A stretch of 64,000 nucleotides of DNA from the NCBI RefSeq assembly GCF_009914755.1, contig NC_060930.1, one strand, 5' to 3'. The translations under genes were made by a program, and so were the position numbers. Positions within the stretch are counted from its first letter, which is position 1. Each line of letters starts with the position of its first letter. The notes under the pieces were generated by a model, which was not told the origin of the DNA, ran no database searches, and was given only the letters and a program-made list of their open reading frames with translations. Source of the stretch: the human T2T-CHM13v2.0 reference genome, Homo sapiens. This document shows positions 16,946 to 35,679 of the stretch, piece by piece.

Positions 16946-17279
16946 GTTTGACTCTAGTATCTTCTACCTAGAGAACAATGAAATACTTTTCCCTCTTGTT
17001 TTAGATACTATGCTATCTTAATGTAGTCTATGATTTACTAGCTTTCTAATGTAGTCTTCTGTCTCTTTTTTGTATATTCCTTTTTAAGGACTGGTCACTC
17101 ATGTTTATATCTGTATGATAGATATTTGCAGGACTTTGCATTTATCCACATTAAAATTTATATGATTAGTTTCAACCTAATGATTAAGTCTGCCATGATA
17201 TTTAAAATTGTATGTTCTGCCTTTTTCAATGCACAAGTTTGGTAATCATGCTCTGTTAACTTACAGAAAGTTTAGTTTA

Positions 17280-19910
<2,631 letters not shown>

Positions 19911-20043
19911 CTCATGTATTCAAACCTCCTCATATTACAGATTGAAGCTTAAAAGAACTTATCAAACATTATTCAGATGGATATTGGTAGTGCTGTCTTG
20001 AACTCCCAGTGCAGTACTTTTCTCACTGCACACTGACCCACCA

Positions 20044-20080
<37 letters not shown>

Positions 20081-20099
20081 CGCAAAAGAAAAGCCCATC

Positions 20100-20408
20100 T
20101 GGCAAGGAGAACTGCCAGTGCAGTGTTTTTGCCAGTGTTTGGAATAATTGGCTCCAGAGCCTCTGCGTGTTTATGGTGCCTGCTGAGGAGGTCTGCCTGA
20201 CACTTAGCTGATACAAATTGTTGTTAATTACCAACACTTTAGTAGACCAACAGCTGTCCGCTATGAGCAACAGCCAATAATAGCCCTCTTGGTTCCTAGG
20301 GGTTTCTAAGTTCCTACGTGTCAGCAAATTCAAGAGAAAAATGCCAAGGCAAATGGGCCTTTTACTGTGACAATTTAACAGAGTAATTTTCAGGAGGAGG
20401 CTCAGAAA
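20100..20408 (-). pseudogene. PAN-like pseudo-exon
   Basis: ORF 19962..20333 contains NQEGYYWLLLIADSCWSTKVLVINNNLYQL (Y-x3-L-x5-C...Y-x-L); acceptor TCTACAG then SEPPPENY. Confidence 0.6.
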
Positions 20409-20932
20409 CTGTAGATCTGTAGATCATCTGTAAACTCAGAACTGTAAGCATGGAGGGAATGTTCCTAGGGACCTGAAGGATATGTCCTATGTTTATCTTG
20501 TTGCCCAAGGCTCTCTGTAATTATGTGAGAGCAGAAAGTCAGCTGATCTCCTGGCAGATGGCACTGGCAAAAGAGTTTGAGAAAAACTATCAAGCTTATT
20601 ACAAAGGATAAAGAGCTTCCACATAGCATGCAACAAAAACCCAATGTGGAAATGAGAAAGGAAAGGGTTCTAGGAATGTGGCCAGATCTTGTGATGAGAA
20701 GTTGGTGAACAGGAGATTATAAGGAGAATGGAGGAGAAACTGCACAAGCGAAGCTACTTGGAAACCTCACACTCTACAGAACAATAGGAAGATTAATAGG
20801 CTCCAGAAAAAAGGTTCTCAAAAAACTTAGTCCATGAGTATCACATGAGGAGGAGTCTGCTAAAAATGCACATTCCTTGGATCCTACCCCTGAGATTCTT
20901 GTAAACCTTTTGTTATAGAAAATTCCAAACTT

Positions 20933-21477
<545 letters not shown>

Positions 21478-21719
21478 TTAGAGTATAGAATGGTCTTTAA
21501 TTTATTCAAATTAACTTATCTGAGACTAAGCAATGAGACTAAATGATAGAATAAAATTGATATAAGTAAGCCAATGCTAGAAATAAAAATTGACTTCAAA
21601 TTTGAGCAACAAAACTCCTCCTCATAATTATTTTATTTTCAGGGACAAATTAAAGACCCAAACTGAGTGTTTTAATCATTTATGGCTAAACTTGTAGAAA
21701 TTAAAGATTATGGTTATTT

Positions 21720-21863
21720 TCTGTTCTGTGTCAGTCAGAGGGGTCTCAGTCAGATGCCGGAGTATGTGGGAGTCCTGCAGCTGAAAACTCTTTCAGTGCA
21801 TTAGCTGAAATCAATTGCATTAAGCCAACCTCATGCCTCCTATGTGCCCTTCTTGTAGAGAAT
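21720..21863 (-). pseudogene. PAN-like pseudo-exon
   Basis: Acceptor aacttttcag; GT*EA*GWLNAIDFS*CTERVF. Confidence 0.5.
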
Positions 21864-21979
21864 CTGAAAAGTTAACAGAACCCTTAAGGCTATCACAGCC
21901 CTTGCCCCACACTCATAAACATGAACATTCTCTAGTATCCAATAAATGGTAAAATAAAGATTCATGTTATTATCATCAC

Positions 21980-22102
21980 CCAAGGACCACAGTGGACACT
22001 GACGACTTTCTAAGTGGAAACAGGTCTTTCAGACTTGGAAGATCTTCTTGGCTTCACTCTCAGAAGCATGCTGGTTGGTCTATGTCAGTTGTCTAACTCA
22101 AC
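21980..22102 (-). pseudogene. Pseudo-exon (linker-like)
   Basis: AG/GT boundaries; a phase-2 start matches the phase-2 end of 22515-22677. Confidence 0.35.
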
Positions 22103-22514
22103 CTGTGACTTAAAATTTGACAGGGAGACTTCCATAAAGATATTAATTAAGGCATTTATTATATTTTGGGGAAACAATCCCCTCATTCAACTGCCTTCTT
22201 TTTGGAAGGGCAAGTGAGGAAAGGGAGACATGCATAGGAAACCAGGTGGCATCCTGATTCACCAGGTTCTTATCTGAGATTCTTTTTCCCCATGTTGCAT
22301 GTTTAAAAAATATTCTTCACTTCTAGTTTTTTTTGTTTTTTTTTTTTGAAGCTTGTATTCCTGGTATCCCTGAATTGAAAATAAGACTGTTTAGTGGGAC
22401 AATTGCCACACTCTCTATTGAGCAAGTTGCCACTCCTCATTCATAGCAAATTTCATACCCAAGCATTTCTTGTTTCACAGGCCCCTCTCTAGTTCCTGTA
22501 TTTCTCCATGTTAC

Positions 22515-22677
22515 CTGCTGCCGTTGCATTTTCCTTTGGGAATCCTCGGTTCCATGCTATACACTTTGTCAGAACAGTTACCTTTGCAGCCCGGGCCATC
22601 ACATGTTGTGATGTCTCTGATGTCATGTGTCTCTGAGGTGCCAAACACACACCTACATTTTTTTCTGAGTTTTTCCT
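22515..22677 (-). pseudogene. Cys-rich pseudo-exon resembling a WSC C-terminal half; fully open frame
   Basis: TTTCAG|...CAG|GTAACA; EKLRKKCRCVFGTSETHDIRDITTCDGPGCKGNCSDKVYSMEPRIPKGKCNGS. Confidence 0.7.
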
Positions 22678-22804
22678 CTGAAATTTGAACATTTGATATT
22701 CTTGCAGCAACTCCATCTTATATTTATTCTTAATGTATGAGTATTATTACATTACGTTTTGGAGTGTTTCTGATATCCAAAACACATTGGAAGCCTTTGC
22801 TTAT

Positions 22805-22978
22805 GAGTTTTCTGATGCTTTTTTCCCCGTCTTTAGCATAGATGATACATTTTGACAAGCCCTTGATATTGAAATCTTATTTTGCTGGCTCAGAACATAC
22901 ATGAAATTTGCAACTTGTCAAGACTTGAATTTATTGCTGCATTCTCTCAGTTCTGCCACCCCTCCCCACCCCAAGATA
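22805..22978 (-). pseudogene. PAN-like pseudo-exon
   Basis: ELRECSNKFKS/LTSCKFHV...GLSKCIIYAK; donor mutated to ATAAGC. Confidence 0.65.
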
Positions 22979-23269
22979 CTTGCAGACAAGCAGTTTAAAG
23001 GCTACAAGGTGGGACCAAGAAATTGATGTTGGCTGGGGAGGAGTAGTGAGTGTCAGATTAAATTCATATCAAGAACTCATCAAAATTTACCTGTCCATGG
23101 ACACATTGTAGGAGAAAGAAATAACAGTAAGGAATGACATTTATTATAGCTAATATTTTATAGGAACAGAGTTAGCTTGCTATTTTGGCATATTTGCACA
23201 GATAGAAGAGAATACAGCAGTTAAAATAAGGGAAATAGGGATATACAATGATTTTAATACCACCTAAGT

Positions 23270-23895
23270 TTGTTTTTTCTTTTTGAGACAGGGCCTCACT
23301 CTGTCACCCAGACTGGACTGCAGTGGTACAATTGAGTGGGACAGGGGTCCCCAGAGAAACTCCAACCGGGCCCTGCACTGGGAGGAATGCATACAGGGGT
23401 GGAGCCACGGAAGTTCGCACCATTTGCAGCAGGGAGGAGCCTGGCCCCTCCTCTTCCTGGGTGGAACCTGGAATTCAATCACTGGGGCGGGAAGCATACA
23501 CGAGAAGGGCTCTTGCTCTACTGAGTCCCCTGTTTTTCCTTTTTGCCCAATAGATCCCATTATTCTCACCCTTCAAATTGTCTGCGAGCCTAATCTTTTG
23601 TGGCCGTGTGACAAGGACTCCATCTTTAGCTGAACTAAAGATAACTTCTGCAACATAATCTCAGCTCATTGCAGCTTCGACCTCCTGGAGCTCAAGCAAT
23701 CCTCCCACCTCTCAGCCTCCTGGGTAGCTGGGACCGCAGGCACCTGTCACCATGCCAGGCCAAGTTTTGTATTTTTTGTAGAGATGGGATTTTGTCATCT
23801 TGCCCAGGCTGGTCATGAACTCCTGGGCTTAAGCAATCCCCCTGCCTTGGCCTCCCAAAATGCTGGGATTGCAGGCATGAGCCACTGCGTCCAGC
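23270..23895 (-). mobile_element. AluJ-like element split by a solo LTR
   Basis: The Alu breaks at gcagtggtacaat and resumes at taatctcagctca. Confidence 0.85.
23333..23655 (+). mobile_element. MER61-like ERV1 solo LTR nested in the Alu
   Basis: TG...CA ends, degenerate 4-bp TSD caat/taat, ending ttagctgaactaaag...caaca. Confidence 0.75.
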
Positions 23896-23910
23896 CTTCC
23901 ACCCAAGTTA

Positions 23911-26775
<2,865 letters not shown>

Positions 26776-27020
26776 TAGTTTCTTTTTCTTTTGCCTAATT
26801 TTAAGTACCAAATCTGATAAGTGATTTAATTTAAATGTAAGTATAGTTACATTGCTACAGTTCTAGGGATTTTGTTAAGTAGATACTTTTCATTTTCTAG
26901 TTTTATGTAACAAAATAAGAAAAATTTAATTCTTTCAAAAATAGGAAAACAAACATAATTTACAAGGGTAATTGGACCACAGCACACAGACACATACATA
27001 CACACACGTGCTGCCACCAC

Positions 27021-27147
27021 CTCCACCACTACACATCTAAAACTATCTTTTGTTAATGGGACTTTCACTGATCTTGTCCTACAGATATGTTTGGATAATA
27101 TCTCTTGTATAAGGACACCTGTTTTTTGCTTGCTTGTTTTTACAGTG
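27021..27147 (-). pseudogene. PAN-like pseudo-exon
   Basis: ORF 26847..27191 contains QEILSKHICRTRSVKVPLTKDSFRCVV (S-x3-C...C-V-V); long T-rich acceptor tract. Confidence 0.55.
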
Positions 27148-27216
27148 TTTAAAATAAAAGAAAAAAAAATAGCGTATGAAAACCAATTCAAAACGAAACA
27201 TAAATGAAGACTTTCT

Positions 27217-27327
27217 CTTGATTAGGGTACACTGGAAGCTGCCATGCTTGTTCCAACATGGGTAACATGGGAGCACTGAGGCCTCATAACTGGACTCTTG
27301 GGAGTGGAGAAATAACCACCAGATCAG
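27217..27327 (-). pseudogene. Linker-type pseudo-exon
   Basis: DLVVISPLPRVQL*GLSAPMLPMLEQAWQLPV resembles QVAPP.RQYQVTENLFEDIWFQLP. Confidence 0.4.
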
Positions 27328-27886
27328 GTTAGAAGAAGACAACTAATTATATACAAATCTATGGAAGATAGTGGGAAAGACGAAGAAACAAAGCATGAAT
27401 AAATGCTTTATAGCTTATGCAAATTTTAAGTGTTTTCTCTGAATAGTTGTTTAGGCCAATAATAGATATTAGTAACTTAAATGCCCTTATAAGCAGAGGA
27501 CATTTTATATTCAAGGTTCCAATTCATTTTTTAAGTACATTTAAAATGCTAGAGATGTGAATCAAACACATTATCCCATTTTTTGTCCCAAATACTCTAA
27601 TACATAAACATGTGAATCTGTGTTTGATCTACATGTGGCAAGGGTAAGAGATGGGGATGGTGGAGAAACAGCAGAAACAGCTGTAGGGAGATAATTCTAT
27701 TAAATTTTGCATTAGCAAACCAGGCTCTATTTCAGAAAATCCTGATAGTAAATATCTTTACCACTGCAAACTTATGTCTCTATTTTTAAGTGACATTTTA
27801 AGCATCTAACATCTGTACACTGAGTTTTATTACAAACAGCAACATTTAGACAAATTAAACCTAACTAAAATCAACATTTATATTAC

Positions 27887-28063
27887 CATGTTCAGTTTCA
27901 AGAGCAGCAAACAAGTTGGAAGTCCTAATGAGACAATATCTGAGAGCTTATTACATCACTACGCATACATGTGGGCGCAGAGGAAATGGCTGGGACATTT
28001 CGATGGTCAAATGTTCGATGTGTTTATACTCAGCCAGATAGTGATTTTCTAACTTCGTATGGA
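27887..28063 (-). pseudogene. PAN-like pseudo-exon (whole domain in one frame)
   Basis: HTKLENHYLAEYKHIEHLTIEMSQPFPLRPHVCVVM**ALRYCLIRTSNLFAALETEH; donor ATG|GTAATA. Confidence 0.7.
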
Positions 28064-28334
28064 TTATAAACAAACAGCAAATAACTCTCTAATGGGGTGC
28101 AGTATTTTGTGAAGGTCAGCAGAAAGCTAGCCTTGAATGAAAATGAGGAAAACATGTGTTTTGTATTTAGCAAAGTCACATTAATTAATATTTAAAATAA
28201 CTACAAATTAACTTCTTATCAACCAGGCCTCCTGAACAAGCAGGGAGTTTGCATTACTGGATAGGGATGGGGGTTTCTGGAGATCTCTGCCAAAATTGGG
28301 GCTGGACTGGAACCTGAGGTTCTTAAATTCTCAC

Positions 28335-28580
28335 TAATAGTTTTCAGGAGAGAATCTGGAGTTGAAAGTCCAAGTCGTCATTCCAGCCAAAGGGTCAATC
28401 TGGAGAAACTAGGCACAGAAAGAGGAATTAGACATGAGGCAATGATTTAATCAAAGGCACGTAGACTCAACAAAGGGGTTTCTGGCAATATTCTGTGAGA
28501 TGTAGATGCTGGTGTTCTATAACCTCTGACTACACTGTAGATGATGAAGAAGCTAGTTGTTAAGGTGCCAAGGTGGTTTG
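28335..28580 (-). pseudogene. PAN-like pseudo-exon
   Basis: FFIIYSVVRGY.../TEYCQK/FVESTCL*LNH...; donor GTGAGA. Confidence 0.6.
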
Positions 28581-28766
28581 TTGTAAACCAGAAGTTGCAA
28601 AATGTTATGTTTTGCATATTTGATCCATTTGTTTGATCCATATAGTACTTCTCCAAAAAGTGATTTAAAGAAATTTGCATTAATTGTCAACATTTATCAC
28701 GAAGATATTTTGTCTGTGTATCTTGACTTACAAATTTTCTGAAAATATTAGAAGATTTAGCATTAC

Positions 28767-29000
28767 CAAACATGCTGGCATGCAGAGTATCCATAACCTT
28801 GTGCTGAGTTGCTCCTGCCTCTTGCAATGGACATGCACTCGCCTGTTCCACCAGTCCCCAACAATCCCCACTCTAATAGATGGCAGACTATTACCATCAT
28901 ACTTTTACCTTTTACCATCATACTCGTTTTGTTGTTTTGCTTGCAGCGGAATTAAGACAAATCTGAGATACTTCTTAAATCTGTTCTGTGTTTTTAATTT
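28767..29000 (-). pseudogene. PAN-like pseudo-exon (acceptor not located)
   Basis: RFKKYLRFVLIP.../*SAIY*SGDCWGLVEQASACPLQE; donor TTG|GTAATG. Confidence 0.65.
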
Positions 29001-29069
29001 TTTTTCTTTTTAACTCCCACTCATGACAACATATTCTATTTTTTAAATATAAGATTGAAAAGATTTTTA

Positions 29070-29870
29070 ATTTTATTTGCAGATATGGCATCTTGTTGTG
29101 TTTCCCAGGCAGGTCTTGAACCCTGGCCTCAAGCAGTCTTCCCACCTTGGCCTCCCAAAGTGCTGGGATTACAGGTGTGAGTTAACATGCCCAATCTTCA
29201 TAAACATTTTTAAAGCCTTTTATTAGAAAACATTTCAAACATATAGAAAACGAGATAAAATAGTTCAATAAATCCTCACTTTCCTATTTCACAGATTTAA
29301 CTAGCATTACTCAAGTCCAGTCTTGTTTTTCTATGCCCCCTCCCTACTACTTTCCAACATACTTTTAAAGCAAATTTTGGGCATCCTATCATTTTGTCTG
29401 TAAATACTTGAGCATGTAACAAGAGAGATAGGGACTCTTTTATAAAACCTAACTGCACAGCCATTCATTATCAAACATAAACATTAACAATAAGTATTTA
29501 ATATCATCAAATACTCAGGGTGCTCAAATTTGCAGTTGTTTTATATATGTATATGTATTACAGTTTGTTTAAATCAGCATTTGTATCTATTTATATATAT
29601 TTTATAGTTTAAGTCAGGATTAAAATAAAGTCTATACTAGGTAGTTGGTTGATATATCTTTTAAACCTCTTCTAATATATAGCTTCTCACTATTTCTCTC
29701 CCCGACCCCTAGCAGCTGTAAATAAACCAGTTTGGTTGTTTTGTGGAATTTTTTACAGTCCAAGATTTGCTGATTACCTCCCCATGGCGTAATTTAGCAT
29801 GGTCCTCTATCATCTGCATTTCCTGTAAATTGACTTGAAGTTTTTAGAAATAATATTTTATAGGTAGTAG
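29070..29870 (-). mobile_element. Alu left monomer (29070-29190) plus an old L1M 3' fragment
   Basis: Alu motifs; ttttattagaaaacatttcaaacatatagaaaa is typical of old L1M 3' ends. Confidence 0.6.
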
Positions 29871-30049
29871 AGTGTCCTCATTAGTATTTTAGTTTGCAAA
29901 CCTTGGTCTAAACTAATTCTAAATCATCAATATATTGTTCTAATGCAGAAGTATTATACAACAGGGTACAAAATAAATGACCTGAGTTACCTTATAATAA
30001 GGGAAAGAAAGCGAGGAAATAATTTATAATTATGAATGGTTTTATTTAC

Positions 30050-30226
30050 ACATCTCAGTCTGAACTCCAATTTATAAATAGCAGAATCTTGTAGACATTG
30101 TGGATTCACTTGTGAAATAAACCATGCGTATGATGTCCAGGAGTAATTGCTTTATTTACTTTGAATTTCAAAGGATACCTCTTTTGAGATTATCCATGTG
30201 GAAACACCCAATGAAATGATTTAAAA
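30050..30226 (-). pseudogene. WSC-like pseudo-exon
   Basis: CCCTTTAG|...|GTAAAT; LNHFIGCFHMDNLKR/YPLKFKVNKAITPG.../TRFCYL. Confidence 0.6.
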
Positions 30227-30659
30227 CTAAAGGGATGATGTATTTACCTGAATTTTTTGATTTCAGGATAGGAAGATGAAATGAAAACTAGCATTTATTG
30301 GCTAAAACATGCTAAGATGTTTCAAATGCATTATCTCATTTGATTATTACAATAACTCTCTTAGGTTGTATTATCTCCATTTTTTACTGAAGGAAATACA
30401 ATTTGTAATTCCAAAAGTTACATAAAAAAACTCCAGACTTTTTCTACTATAACATTTTAAGAAACCAAAAGTAAGAGGGAAAATGCATGGAGGGGAAAAA
30501 ATGTTTTCTTAGTCATCAAAATGAGTATCACAGAATTTCTGGGTCCATTTTGTGTAAGGAAATCCAACCCAGGAAATTGATTTATTTTTTTTCATTCTTA
30601 ATAAAATATATTATACCAAGGGAAATATAAATATATTATACCAAGGGAAAGGTTACTAT

Positions 30660-32005
<1,346 letters not shown>

Positions 32006-32309
32006 CCCTAGCTTTAAGTTTAATGAGATTATAATTTGTTATCTGATAGTTACTATCTATAGAGCACATTTAATAGGTTAAATCATATTAATGTTAATAC
32101 ACCAGATCAATCTAATTTACTTCAAGTTGTATTTTTTTTCTTCTCATTTGGTGAGAGATTTGGAAGCTGTATTTATATTTGCTTTAAGTCACTAAGGAAT
32201 TATAAGATAAAAATTCCTTATTAAAATTTTACCATTGCATATGTTGCAAAAGATAATTTTTATTTTATGAACATTAAGTTTTCAAATAAATAGTTTCATC
32301 CTCTAAGGA

Positions 32310-32465
32310 AAGACTGATAGATCAGTTATTTCTAATCCTAGAAATTCCAACTCAAGACAACCGAGAAATTGTCATCTACATGTGATGTCATTATTTGTCT
32401 TTTTGCTTTTACTTCTAAGGCATGCTGTGATATTAGTAATGAGGAGTATATTACCACAGCAGATG
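32310..32465 (-). pseudogene. WSC-like pseudo-exon
   Basis: ICCGNILLITNITACLRSKSKKTNNDITCR*QFLGC; pyrimidine tract with mutated AG. Confidence 0.5.
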
Positions 32466-32699
32466 TTTAAGAGAGAAAAATGCCGCAGGTCTAGTAAAAT
32501 ATTTCTTAAGGTTTGGAAATTTTTTTTTCTTTTTTGTATTTATTATTTTGTATATAACTATGGAAATGTAAAGAAGAGTAGAAGGCAAGATAAATAGTTT
32601 TTTTAAAGTGTGATTCATAGATTCTTATTCCATATTCATGTCCAATAAATTATTTTCTACTCCCAAGAAGAAGCAGAAGAAAATCCTTATTTAAATAGC

Positions 32700-34440
32700 T
32701 TTTTTTTTTTTTTTTTTTTTCTGAGACAGAGTCTCCCTGTGTCACCCAGGCTGGAGTGCAGTAGTGTGATCTCGGCTGACTGCAACCTCCATCACCCAGG
32801 TTCAAAGGATTCTCTTGTCTCAGCCTTCTGAGTAGCCTGGGTTATAGGTACTTGCTGCCATGCCCAGAGAATTTTTGTATTTTTAATACAGACAGGATTT
32901 CACCACATTGGCCAGGCTAGTCTCGAACTCCTGACCTCAAGTGATCTGCCCAACTCAGCCTCCCAAAGTGTTGGGATTACAGGCGTGAGCCACCGCGCCC
33001 AGTCCAGTATTTTGAAATATATAAAACTTAGGTAACGTTGTGGTTTGGCTGAGAGATTTACTGTGAAATGGCCACAATTTATTACATTGTAGTTCTCTTA
33101 GGAAATTATTTTTCTCTTTTACTGTATTTGCTTTATGCAAATGCTTGAATGAGTTTATGAACATGGTCAGCCAATTTACATCAAGATCTGCACTGCCAGT
33201 AAGGTAGCCAATGGTCACATGTAGCTATTTTTTTTCTTTTTATAATTTCAACTTTTATTTTAGATTCAGTTACATGTGCATGTGTGTTATATTGTGTGAT
33301 GCCGAGGTTGGGGATACCAATGGTCCTGTCATCCAGGTAGTGAACATAGTACCTAAAAGGTCATTTTTCAAACCCTTGCCCCCTTCCTTCCCTCCCACCT
33401 CTAGTAGTATCCAGTGTCTATTTTTGCCATCTTTATGTCCATGAGTACCTAATGTTTAGCACCCACTTATAAGTGAGAACATGTGGTATTTGGTTTTCTG
33501 TTCCCTCATTAATTCACTTAGAATAATGGCCTCCAGCTGCATCCATGTTGCTGCAAAGGACATGATTTCATCATTTTTATGGCTGTGCAGTATTCCATGG
33601 TGTATATATATATATATACTGCACAGCCGTGTGTGTGTGTGTGTGTGTTTCACATTTTCTTTATCCAGTCCACTGTTGATAGGCACCTAGGCTGATTCCA
33701 TGTCTTTGTTATTGTGAATAGTGCTGCAATGAATGTATGAGTGAAGGTGTCTTTTTGGGAAAATGATTTCATTGCTTTTGCATATATGCCCAGTAATGAG
33801 ATTGCTGGTCGAATGATGGTTACTTCTGTTTTAAATTCTCTGAGAAATCTTCAAACTACTGTCCACAGTGGCTGAGCTAATTTACATTCTCACCAACAGT
33901 GTGTAAGTGTTCCCTTTTCTTTGCAGCCTCACCAGCATCTGTTGTTTTTTGACTTTTTAGTAATAGCCATTCTGACTGGTGTGATATGGTATCTCATCGT
34001 GATTTTGGTTTACATTTCTCCAGTGATTAGCTCTTTTTTCTTTGAGACAGGTTATCGCTATGTTGCCCAGGTTGGACTGAAATTCTTGAACTTAAGTGAT
34101 TCTCCTGCCTTAGCCTGCTGAGTAGCTGGGACTACAGGCAAGCACCACTACGTCTGGCTCATGTGTAGCTGTTTAGCACACATGAAATGTGGTTAGTCTG
34201 AATTGCGATATACGTGGAAAATACACTCTAGATTTTGAAGACTTACTATGAAAAAAGGAATATAAAATATCTCATTAATTTTTTATTGATTACATCTTGA
34301 AAATGATATATTGGGTTACATAAATTATTAACATTAATTTGACCTGTTTGTTTTCTTTCTTTATGTGTCTATTAGAAAATTTAAAATTATATATGTGACT
34401 TGAGTTCATGGCTCTTGTATTTCTATTAGACACTGCAGTC
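32700..34440 (-). mobile_element. AluS-like (32700-33003); MER3-like transposon split by an L1PB-like 3' fragment (~33230-34030) and an Alu monomer
   Basis: L1 3' UTR text (cccacttataagtgagaacatgtggtatttggttttctg); catgtagct/tgtagct on both sides of the insert. Confidence 0.85.
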
Positions 34441-34804
34441 TAGATGCTTTAGTGTTTTCTCTTTTGTTTTCTTTCTTTTTTGCCCACACTCACTCATTCA
34501 CTCTCTCATACACGCAAACAGCTAGATGCTTTGGATTTTTCTTCAATTCTTTCTTATGAAAGTCTTCAAATAAGTTGAAACAATTTTATGGTGAGCATCT
34601 ATATATTCTGCAACCAACATTTTATTATACTTGTTTTATCACTTATCTAACCATCTAGCCATTTTTCTATTCATCGAACAATCCATCTTTTTTTTAATGT
34701 GTTTCAGTTATGTTGCAGACACCATTATACATTCCTCTAGATACTTCAGCATGTAGACACTTTAGCTTTGGACTCTATTAAAAATTGAAAATCCCTTTAG
34801 CCAC

Positions 34805-34962
34805 GTTTCTTCTTCTTTAGATTTGATTGTCTTGGTGTAGAGAGGCATAAACAGACTAAATGTATCAAATTGGGTTTAATAAATCTTCTGAGTAAAAGGA
34901 ACATTTAATCTCTGTTGACATTAAAGCAAAGATCGAGATTACTCAGCAAAGATTTGGAAATC
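34805..34962 (-). pseudogene. PAN-like pseudo-exon (second half of a domain)
   Basis: Acceptor GTTATAG; FPNLC*VISIFALMSTEIKCSFYSE. Confidence 0.65.
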
Positions 34963-35340
34963 CTATAACATTAAATACAAATTAGAAGAAAAATACAAAA
35001 AAACCTGCTTTCTTCATAGCAAGAAAAGAGGCAGAAGATCCAGTCTGAGTTCCATGCCAACTGTGTGATTATGGGATGGTCATATAACCTCTTTGAACTC
35101 CTGCTTTCAATATAATGCTTGTCTCACAAGCATATAGAGATTATAGGAAGCAATGTGTGTAACTGACCTACTGGTGTTTCTGGCAAATACCAACTTTTAA
35201 ATGTAAACTTAACTGGAAATCAATGCAAAATATTTGCAATATTATTTGGTAGGTGAATCAGAGGATCTTTGGCTATGTAGAAATATCTTTAAAAAGAAAA
35301 ATGATTATTCTTGTAGAATGTTCGTTGTTTACAAACATAC

Positions 35341-35497
35341 TCAGGAAGACACGTTATGTAATACTCTCAAAAGAAAGGTCTATTTGTCTCCTCTTCGTTT
35401 TACTTATAAATCTCTTAAATCACTGACTTCTGCCAACATTTACAGGATTGAACTTCCCAAACAATTTGCACTTGTGCTTGTGCTCAGATTGTAGACT
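35341..35497 (-). pseudogene. PAN-like pseudo-exon
   Basis: ttttctcttag|...|GTATGT; HKCKLFGKF...DLSFE/YYITCLP. Confidence 0.6.
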
Positions 35498-35679
35498 CTA
35501 AGAGAAAACATGTTTACTCAATTGTTGGTGATTCACTAACAGATGATGTGCTGGTTTAAAGGCCAGTACAGTCAAGGAATAGAAAATAAAATCTTAGTCA
35601 AGGAATAGATAGCTGTGTTTTCTACTTTTTGTGTATAGCTATATTTTCAAACTATTAAATATCCTTTAAAAGTTTTATT

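Noticed and set aside
30604-30650. 22-bp direct repeat aaatatattataccaagggaaa
   Set aside because: A simple local slippage duplication with no further structure.
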